Positions 56,903-64,000 of a stretch of 64,000 nucleotides of DNA are shown here, piece after piece. The notes beneath the pieces are model-generated. The model was not told where the DNA came from and searched no databases. It saw only the letters and a program-made list of their open reading frames with translations. The stretch's first letter is position 1; each line of letters starts with the position of its first letter. Location: contig CAYQEU010000002.1 in NCBI GenBank assembly GCA_964416765.1, forward strand, positions 78,877 to 142,876, in the 5' to 3' direction. Origin of the DNA: an uncultured Candidatus Saccharibacteria bacterium. GTDB lineage: Bacteria > Patescibacteriota > Doudnabacteria > UBA920. The translations under genes were made by a program, and so were the position numbers.

Positions 56903-56966
56903 CTGAATTAGTTAAATCTTCCAAAATTATAATGAAATAAGGGAAAAACGTCAATAGTCAGAATTG

Positions 56967-57156
56967 TTTTCCACACCCAATTTGACAAATTTATAGCTAA
57001 AAATAGGGTCTTTAAAGGGATATTTTTTTATACACACATATTGTCCACACCATATCAACACTACTGACCTTATACCGCTTATATAAGCCAAAAAGGGGTG
57101 GTGTTTACATGTTGATAACTGGTTGGTATGATGAACAGACCACCTACTTTTACACA
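56967..57156. promoter_or_regulatory. DnaA-box cluster upstream of dnaA (oriC part 1 / dnaA autoregulation)
   Basis: TTTTCCACA 56967, TTATACACA 57028, TTGTCCACA 57041, TGTTGATAA 57110, TTTTACACA 57148. Confidence 0.75.
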
Positions 57157-57179
57157 AATAAACACACTACTTCATAGAA

Positions 57180-58556
57180 ATGAACAATCAGCAACTTTGG
57201 CAGGCAATATTAGGCAATTTAGAGGTTTCCCTCAGCCGCGCAAACTTCAATACATGGTTTAAAAACACCACTATTGTCGAGCGAGGAGAGTCTCACATTG
57301 TCGTAGGGGTGCCTACCGCGTTTACCCAGGATTGGATTTCCAAAAAGTATCACCAGGACCTCCTTAAGGCATTAAAAAACATTGCCCCCGAGATCAGGGA
57401 AATCAAATACCAGGTAGGACAGCAGCCCAAGGAAGGGTCGGCAACACCACCCAGCATGGAACGACCACCGGTTAAAGCACCAGCAGCGTCCAGCGTCAGC
57501 CAACACCCGGCCAACGTTCACGCCGCTACCGCTATTTCCGGCAACCTCAATCCCAAATACACTTTTGAAACTTTTGTTATCGGGAAGAATAACGAATTAG
57601 CCCATGCGGCCAGCGTCGCCGTGGCGAAGAACCCGGGCAGCCAGTACAACCCGCTATTTATTTACGGTGGTGTGGGATTAGGCAAAACTCACCTGATGCA
57701 TGCCGTGGGCTGCAAACTTCTTCACGACAACCCCGGGGCAAAAGTTTTGTACGTTACCAGCGAGAAATTCACCAACGGTTACATTAGCGCCATCCAAAAC
57801 AAGCGCATGGAAGCGTTCAAACACCAGTACCGTACCGTGGACATGCTGCTTATCGACGATATTCAGTTCCTATCCAACAAGGAGGGGACCCAGGAAGAAT
57901 TCTTCCATACCTTTAATGAGTTGCGTGACCGGGGAAAGCAAATCATTCTGACTTCCGACCGTTTGCCAAAAGAAATTCCCGCCATCGAACAACGTTTAGT
58001 TTCCCGGTTTGAGTGGGGGATGGTCGCTGATATTCAGCCGCCGGATTTGGAAACCCGTCTGGCCATTTTACGAAAAAAACTGGCGAAGCTTGGGTTTGAA
58101 CTGAACGAAGATGTTTTGTACTACATTGCCGAGAATGTAATTAGTAACATCCGCGAACTGGAAGGGGTACTAAACGGACTAGTCGTCTATAAACAGATGG
58201 GCCGCCCCATAACCACTGAGCAGGCGGAAAAGATAATAGCGGGAATGGTTAACTCGAAGAAGAAAATCCTGAGCCTAAAAAAGATTGCCCAGTCAGTTGC
58301 GGAATTCTACCATATCAGCGAAGATGACCTACTAAAGCAATCGCGCCGCAAAGAGTTCGTTAATCCTAGGCAAATAGCCATGTATTTGGCCCGGAAAGAA
58401 ATGAAATCCTCCTTCCCGGCAATCGGCGAGTTCTTTGGGGGGAGAGACCACACCACGGTAATGCACGGGGTAGAGAAGGTAGAAAAGATGGTTGGAAGCA
58501 TCCCAAACATGAAACAGGAAGTTAATCTGATTATGGATAAGCTGTATACAACTTAA
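57180..58556 (+). CDS. dnaA: Chromosomal replication initiator DnaA
   Basis: GGVGLGKTHL, IDDIQF and GGRDHTTV motifs. Confidence 0.99.
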   Translation: MNNQQLWQAILGNLEVSLSRANFNTWFKNTTIVERGESHIVVGVPTAFTQDWISKKYHQDLLKALKNIAPEIREIKYQVGQQPKEGSATPPSMERPPVKAPAASSVSQHPANVHAATAISGNLNPKYTFETFVIGKNNELAHAASVAVAKNPGSQYNPLFIYGGVGLGKTHLMHAVGCKLLHDNPGAKVLYVTSEKFTNGYISAIQNKRMEAFKHQYRTVDMLLIDDIQFLSNKEGTQEEFFHTFNELRDRGKQIILTSDRLPKEIPAIEQRLVSRFEWGMVADIQPPDLETRLAILRKKLAKLGFELNEDVLYYIAENVISNIRELEGVLNGLVVYKQMGRPITTEQAEKIIAGMVNSKKKILSLKKIAQSVAEFYHISEDDLLKQSRRKEFVNPRQIAMYLARKEMKSSFPAIGEFFGGRDHTTVMHGVEKVEKMVGSIPNMKQEVNLIMDKLYTT

Positions 58557-58766
58557 GGATAACTAGTGGGATAAGTAAGGGATAAGAACCAGGGGAAAGT
58601 GGAGAAGTAAGGCGGTAAATTTTCCGCGGTAAAGTTATGAAATGTTTTCCTATAAGCTATCCACACCGTCTTAGAGCCATAACTCGTTTAATAAAGACAA
58701 GTTATCGTAGCTGTACACAAACCCACAACACTTATTACCACTAATTCTTTATTTAATTAAAAACTA
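58532..58766. other. Probable oriC (dnaA-dnaN intergenic)
   Basis: Degenerate DnaA boxes (TATGGATAA, GTGGGATAA, CTATCCACA 58657, CTGTACACA), then trio-like TATTACCACTAA and an AT-rich stretch. Confidence 0.7.
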
Positions 58767-59861
58767 ATGAGAGTAATCTGTACTCAGGAAAATTTAAAGG
58801 CAGCCCTCCAGACAGCGTCTAGGATAATCTCGTCTTCCTCGACCCTACCCGTACTGAACAACGTTCTCCTGAAAACAGAGAATGGACAGCTTAAGGTATC
58901 CGCCACGAATTTAGAAATCGGCATCAATACCTATACTCGCTGCAAGATTGAAAGCCAGGGTGAAGTATGTTTACACGCAAAAACCTTGCTTGAAGTTGTA
59001 AACAACCTGCCTAACCAAAACATCACCATAGCGACAGAAGAAAATGGCATCCTTCTGAGCACAGAAAACTACAGCACTAAACTAAAAGACTTTCCCAGTG
59101 AAGAGTTTCCTGCTATCCCGGAGATAGATTTGCCGGCCACTCTCAAACTTTCAGCTTCCAGCTTCAAATCAGGAATTGATTCCATAATATTCGCGGCTTC
59201 GACTTCCGAGACCCAGCCTGAGATCTCTGGTTTGTACTTCCATCTTGAAGAAAATTGTCTAACCATGACCGCAACTGACCGTTACCGGCTGGCGGAATTA
59301 AAAATACCGGGGAAGTTCCCGGCACAAAAACCAATCATCATTCCCCACCGCGCAGCTTTGGAGATTTCCCGTGTTTTGACTTCTAGGACTGGTGATACTG
59401 AAATATTCCTTAGCGCTAACCAGGCAGCGGTAAGGATTGATGACACCGAGGTTGTGACGCGCCTGATTGATGGTCAATACCCCGAATATACCCACATTAT
59501 CCCAACCCAATTCAACACCAACATCAGCGTACACAGGGGCGAGTTGGTTAACGCCGTTAAGACCGCGGGCATTTTTTCCCAGAGCACCGGCAGTATTATC
59601 ATGGAATACAGCTCAGAATCACAGGAGTTGAAGATATCGGCGGCTTCCCATGACTTAGGCGAGAGCGTCGCTCGCCTGTCGGGAGCGGTTGAAGGTGAAC
59701 CCGGAACGGTATATCTGAATTATCGCTATATCCTTGACTGTCTTAACGGGATGGTCGCGGAACACGTGAACGTAAGGGTTGTCGACGACAGTGCCCCGGT
59801 AATCATCCAGGAAGTGGACAAGCAGAATTATATTTATTTGATAATGCCAATTAAGAGCTAA
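58767..59861 (+). CDS. dnaN: DNA polymerase III beta clamp
   Basis: ATNLE, ATDRYRL, LIDGQYP and YLIMP motifs. Confidence 0.97.
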   Translation: MRVICTQENLKAALQTASRIISSSSTLPVLNNVLLKTENGQLKVSATNLEIGINTYTRCKIESQGEVCLHAKTLLEVVNNLPNQNITIATEENGILLSTENYSTKLKDFPSEEFPAIPEIDLPATLKLSASSFKSGIDSIIFAASTSETQPEISGLYFHLEENCLTMTATDRYRLAELKIPGKFPAQKPIIIPHRAALEISRVLTSRTGDTEIFLSANQAAVRIDDTEVVTRLIDGQYPEYTHIIPTQFNTNISVHRGELVNAVKTAGIFSQSTGSIIMEYSSESQELKISAASHDLGESVARLSGAVEGEPGTVYLNYRYILDCLNGMVAEHVNVRVVDDSAPVIIQEVDKQNYIYLIMPIKS

Positions 59862-59865
59862 ACCC

Positions 59866-60939
59866 ATGCGCGTAAAGAATATTGAGATTAAGAACTTCCG
59901 TAATTACCCAGACCTGGATCTTAAGATTACCAGCGACATGGTAATCCTTTCCGGCCCCAATGCAGTGGGTAAAACCAACCTGTTGGAGTCCGTGTATTTT
60001 GCCTCGTTATTTAAGTCGTTCCGTGATGACGCGGAATTTATATTCCTGAAAGGGACGGATAGCGCTGAGATTAGAATGGCCGTGGAAAGGAAAGGCGAGG
60101 AGCATGTTATTGAAATATTCCTCCAGAAAGGAGATAAGATATTCGCCAATTTTAAAATTGACGGCGTGAAGAAAAAACGCAAAGAGGCCCAGGGTTATTT
60201 GCGTGTTGTAATTTTCGAACCTTCTGATGTTGATATATTTACCAAGAGTCCTGACGCGCGTCGCAAGTACCTGAATATGGTATTAGCGCAAAAGAACCCC
60301 TTGTACCTGGAGAACCTGACCCAGTACAAGAAGGTACTGACCCAAAAAAACAAATTACTGCAAAGTGGTAATGACCAGGGCGGCAAAGGACTCGACTCGT
60401 GGAACGAACAGCTGGTGGATTTTGGAAGCAAAATAATTTTTGAACGCCGAAATTTCTTCAATTTTATAAATCATAATATCACGGAAGTTTACGCGGCGAT
60501 CTCCAAGTTCCAGCGTCCGGTCGAAGCCGTTTATGAATCTACCGCCGGTGAGACAGTTGAAGAGATCGCGGAAAATTTTAGAGCCCGCCTGGAGCAGGTG
60601 GCGCAAAAGGAAAAGATGGTCGCCATGTCCTTGGTGGGACCACACCGCGACGATTTCTATTTGCAAAGCGACGGTTTATTCCTGGCACCCTTCTCCTCCC
60701 GCGGCGAACAGCGCAGTCAAATTCTGGCGTTAAAAATAATGGAGCTGGAATATCTGATCGACGAAGGAGATAAGCCGATCCTGCTCCTCGACGACGTTCT
60801 TTCCGAGCTGGACGAAACCCGCCGCACATTTTTCCTGAAGTACTTGCAGGGCAAATTCCAGGCCTTCATAACCACCACCCACCCTTTGGAAATGGTGGGA
60901 CAACACGTAACCTTGACCCCAACAAGCCAGGCTGAATAG
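59866..60939 (+). CDS. recF: DNA replication/repair protein RecF
   Basis: GPNAVGKTN, GPHRDD, SRGEQR and LLDDVLSELD motifs. Confidence 0.96.
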   Translation: MRVKNIEIKNFRNYPDLDLKITSDMVILSGPNAVGKTNLLESVYFASLFKSFRDDAEFIFLKGTDSAEIRMAVERKGEEHVIEIFLQKGDKIFANFKIDGVKKKRKEAQGYLRVVIFEPSDVDIFTKSPDARRKYLNMVLAQKNPLYLENLTQYKKVLTQKNKLLQSGNDQGGKGLDSWNEQLVDFGSKIIFERRNFFNFINHNITEVYAAISKFQRPVEAVYESTAGETVEEIAENFRARLEQVAQKEKMVAMSLVGPHRDDFYLQSDGLFLAPFSSRGEQRSQILALKIMELEYLIDEGDKPILLLDDVLSELDETRRTFFLKYLQGKFQAFITTTHPLEMVGQHVTLTPTSQAE

Positions 60940-61043
60940 CCCGGCTTGTTTAATTTTGGACTTCAAGGTGGTATAATTAAGCCAAGAAAGAATATAGGTC
61001 CTGGTCGATACCTATCAGTATAATTTTAGAAAGAAACCTTAAA

Positions 61044-61415
61044 ATGACTAAGAATATCTTGTACGTTTTGGGTGCTGTCTTTATTATCATTGGGATCCTG
61101 GGATTCTTTAACAATCCAATTCTTGGTATCTTCCAAGTTAATTTAGTACACAACCTGATTCACTTAGCTTCTGGTGTGTTGGCTTTCATCTTTGCTGGTC
61201 GCAGCGAATCCGAAGCCCGCACTTTCTCGTTGGTCTTGGGTGTAGTTTACCTTTTGGTAACCGTTCTCGGTTTCATCCAGGGCAGCGGCAACCTGCTTGG
61301 AATTGTGGCAATCAACACTGCTGACAATTTCTTGCACTTGGTTTTGGCCATAGTTTTCTTGGCACTCGGTTTAATGAAACCGGCTACCAGCATGGCTTCT
61401 ACCAGCCAGATGTAA
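61044..61415 (+). CDS. DUF4383-like membrane protein
   Basis: HNLIHL and DNFLHL repeats; four TMs. Confidence 0.75.
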   Translation: MTKNILYVLGAVFIIIGILGFFNNPILGIFQVNLVHNLIHLASGVLAFIFAGRSESEARTFSLVLGVVYLLVTVLGFIQGSGNLLGIVAINTADNFLHLVLAIVFLALGLMKPATSMASTSQM

Positions 61416-61422
61416 AATAAAA

Positions 61423-61486
61423 AAACAAACATATTAAAAAGGATCCCGGGCTTCATAGTTTAGGATCCTTTTTAATATGTTTGTTT
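61423..61486. terminator. Perfect 24-bp inverted repeat between convergent genes
   Basis: AAACAAACATATTAAAAAGGATCC, a 16-nt loop, then its reverse complement. Confidence 0.75.
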
Positions 61487-62570
61487 ATAGGTATTGTTCC
61501 AGGTCGGGATTGTTTTCCAGTTGCGCGATAATTTCTTTGACTTCCTCGGCGCTGTCTTTATCGGCCACCAGTACTGCTTCATCAGTAACTACTACTATTA
61601 GATTTTTGGTTTTTACGGCTGCTAACAAGATTTGGTCAGAAAAGTTGTAGAACAAACCGTTTTCATTTTCATGGTGAAGGGTTTTTCCTTTACTAAGGTT
61701 CTCTCCGTGCTCCGATAGAACATCTTTGATGATTTTCCATGAACCAATATCAGCCCATTCAAAATCTCCCTCCAGGGCGAGGACGTTGCCGGTCAGTTTT
61801 TCAAGCAATCCCTGTTCAATGTCGAGCTTCGGCATTTTAGGATACCATTCGTTGATGGCGTCTTGTTGTTTGTCGGTGTCGAGATGCGGTTTGATCTGCA
61901 TCAGGATTTCATAAATCTCCGGTAAGTGTTCCTGGTAAAGATTGAGGAGAGTTGAGGCTTTCCAGACAAAATAGCCGCTGTTCCACAAGTACTTGCCGCT
62001 GTTGAGGAACTGCTGTGCTGTTTCGCGGTTTGGCTTTTCCTTGAAACTGGCCAGGTCGAACAGGGGGAGTCCCTCGCTATTTTCTTTAGGATTGCCCTTT
62101 TCAATGTAGCCAAGGCCAGTATGGGGTTCCGTGGGCTTTACTCCCACGGTTATGGTAAATTCAGGGTTGTCCTGCAGGAACTGCTCCAGCTGGCTCATAA
62201 GGCGCTCAAAGTAGCCTGGGGCGCTTTTAATTGAGTGGTCACTCCACATGCACATGAACATGGCCTCAGGGTCGTGGTGGTGCATAATAAGGGCGGCCAG
62301 CCCGATGGCTGGAGCGCGGCCACGCAGTACCGGTTCAATGGAGTAGTTCTCTTTGGGGATTTCGGGAAGCTGGGCCTTGATCGCTTCTTCATAGCTGCTT
62401 CCGGTGCCAACATAGACATTTTCCGGCTTTGTCCATTGGCGGCAGCGTTCAAAGGTGTTCTGCAGCAAAGTTTTATCGCCGACCATCTTAAGTAGTTGTT
62501 TCGGTTTGGATTTGCGGCTGGCTGGCCAGAGCCTGGTGCCGGTACCGCCCGCCATAATCAAGATATTCAT
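61485..62570 (-). CDS. Mannose-1-phosphate guanylyltransferase
   Basis: MAGGTGTRLWP, PKQ, FKEKP, WNSG and W.DIGSW motifs. Confidence 0.9.
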   Translation of the reverse strand: MNILIMAGGTGTRLWPASRKSKPKQLLKMVGDKTLLQNTFERCRQWTKPENVYVGTGSSYEEAIKAQLPEIPKENYSIEPVLRGRAPAIGLAALIMHHHDPEAMFMCMWSDHSIKSAPGYFERLMSQLEQFLQDNPEFTITVGVKPTEPHTGLGYIEKGNPKENSEGLPLFDLASFKEKPNRETAQQFLNSGKYLWNSGYFVWKASTLLNLYQEHLPEIYEILMQIKPHLDTDKQQDAINEWYPKMPKLDIEQGLLEKLTGNVLALEGDFEWADIGSWKIIKDVLSEHGENLSKGKTLHHENENGLFYNFSDQILLAAVKTKNLIVVVTDEAVLVADKDSAEEVKEIIAQLENNPDLEQYL

Positions 62571-62571
62571 G

Positions 62572-63120
62572 TTATGGTTCCTGTTTAATTAGTCCGGGTT
62601 CGTGGCTGGCGCGTTCGTACAGCTCCAGGATTAATTTGGTGATTTCGCCCGGGTTGGGGACATTTTCAAAATCAAAACGCTCGCGGGCGCCGGCGGTCTG
62701 GATGTAAACGTTGCCGTAATCAAAAATGTGACCCAAGAACCCTTTGACTTCGCTGGTTACGTCTTCAATTTTTTCCATGTTCAGTTCGGAAACAGTGTGG
62801 TTAAAAAGCCCTTGCTGGTCCACATCCACAATTCGTTCATTAGTGACAATATACATGTTCAAATAATAGAGCACCCAGATGATAAACAGGCTGGTAATCA
62901 GGAAGAGCAAGTACAACTGGATTAAGACATCAATAACTTTTCCGCCAATGCCATCCAGGATATCAGGGCCCAACTGCGGAAGGAAATTTTGCGCGATCAT
63001 AAACAGGACAACCAAAACCAACCAGATCAAAACCCTCTTCGCTAAAATTACCCAGTGCTGGCGCACAACCAGGTAAATTGATTCATTGGACTGTTGTCCG
63101 GGGAATAAGTACCTTCGCAT
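62572..63120 (-). CDS. Bacterial PH-domain membrane protein
   Basis: Two TMs; YIVTNERI, I.DV and YG.V.IQTAG motifs. Confidence 0.8.
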   Translation of the reverse strand: MRRYLFPGQQSNESIYLVVRQHWVILAKRVLIWLVLVVLFMIAQNFLPQLGPDILDGIGGKVIDVLIQLYLLFLITSLFIIWVLYYLNMYIVTNERIVDVDQQGLFNHTVSELNMEKIEDVTSEVKGFLGHIFDYGNVYIQTAGARERFDFENVPNPGEITKLILELYERASHEPGLIKQEP

Positions 63121-63124
63121 AGTA

Positions 63125-63331
63125 TTAGATTGAATGCAGCAAGGTCAATGCCCGGCCGCTGATGGTTAAGAACATAAAAGCAAACAGGACGCTGGCGATT
63201 ACGGCGATAATCGGGCTTCTGCCATAGCGGATAAATATGTATGCCGTGAAAGCCCCCAGAAAGGCCAGCACTGCCGATACAAGGTAGAAGATCGCGGATG
63301 CCGCGTAAGCGATGACTTGGTTTGTCTCCAT
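63125..63331 (-). CDS. Small two-TM protein
   Basis: 68-aa hydrophobic ORF within an apparent operon. Confidence 0.6.
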   Translation of the reverse strand: METNQVIAYAASAIFYLVSAVLAFLGAFTAYIFIRYGRSPIIAVIASVLFAFMFLTISGRALTLLHSI

Positions 63332-63338
63332 ATGGTTA

Positions 63339-64000
63339 TTAAAAAATTGTTGCTTGGTGGTTATCTTTTGGTTCCGCTCCCAAATGCTTGTAAGCGTGCT
63401 CAGTCAATTGACGCCCCTTGGGGGTTCGCATGAGCAAGCCGGAACGGATCAGAAATGGTTCGTACACGTCAGCAATAGTGTCTTGCTCTTCTCCCGTAGC
63501 GGCGGCCAGAGTGTTTAATCCCACGGGGTTGCCGCTGAATTTGTGCAAAAGGATTTCCAGGATCTTCCGGTCATTCTTATCCAGGCCGAGTTCGTCAATT
63601 TCCAAAAGTTTGAGAGCATTATGGACGGTTTGAAGCGAGATGCTTTCTTCTTCATTTACCTGCGCGAAATCGCGGACGCGCTTGAGCAGGCGGTTGGCGA
63701 TTCGGGGAGTAAAGCGGCTGCGGCGCGCCAATTCCAGGCTGGCTTCCTCATCAATTCCGCTCTTAATAATCTTAGCAGAACGGCGGATAATTTTTTCCAG
63801 TTCTTCCGCCTCGTAGTAATCGAGATGATAAATTAACCCGAACCGGTCGCGCAGGGGAGCGGAGAGCATGCCGATTCTGGTAGTAGCCCCAATTAAAGTA
63901 AACTTGGGGAGTTCCATGCGCACACTGCGGGCACCCGGCCCCTTGCCCAGCATGATATCAAGCACGCCATCTTCCATGGCTGGGTACAAAATTTCTTCCA
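63339..64000 (-). CDS. ruvB: Holliday junction helicase RuvB (partial, 5' end outside window)
   Basis: [27 protein letters not shown] and RTPKGR motifs. Confidence 0.97.
   Translation of the reverse strand, partial: EEILYPAMEDGVLDIMLGKGPGARSVRMELPKFTLIGATTRIGMLSAPLRDRFGLIYHLDYYEAEELEKIIRRSAKIIKSGIDEEASLELARRSRFTPRIANRLLKRVRDFAQVNEEESISLQTVHNALKLLEIDELGLDKNDRKILEILLHKFSGNPVGLNTLAAATGEEQDTIADVYEPFLIRSGLLMRTPKGRQLTEHAYKHLGAEPKDNHQATIF

Overview
This is the origin-proximal part of a small bacterial chromosome. Gene content and short proteins suggest CPR/Patescibacteria; that assignment is inference, not a database result. It carries the rpmH-dnaA-oriC-dnaN-recF core plus yidC/yidD/rnpA, gyrA, rpsA, infB-rbfA, recA, ftsK, ruvB/ruvC, tyrS, a class A PBP and 12 conventional tRNA genes, including a rare tRNA-Ile(UAU). 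Accessory content includes an AT-rich type III restriction-modification cassette beside tRNA-Ser, a cfa-like methyltransferase and a putative folate salvage trio. The most unusual signals are non-coding or unannotated: (1) a 71-nt Ala-acceptor tRNA/tmRNA-like RNA after recA whose own 3' trailer is antisense to most of its D and anticodon region; (2) an ~480-nt structured ORF-free transcription unit with a strong promoter, a boxA-like motif, CAAAA repeats and an upstream DnaA-box array; (3) 68-85 bp elements that duplicate tRNA 3' ends; (4) a 48-aa acidic peptide gene with its own promoter and structured leader; (5) pervasive leaderless promoter architecture. All calls come from reading the sequence by eye; no searches or folding programs were run.
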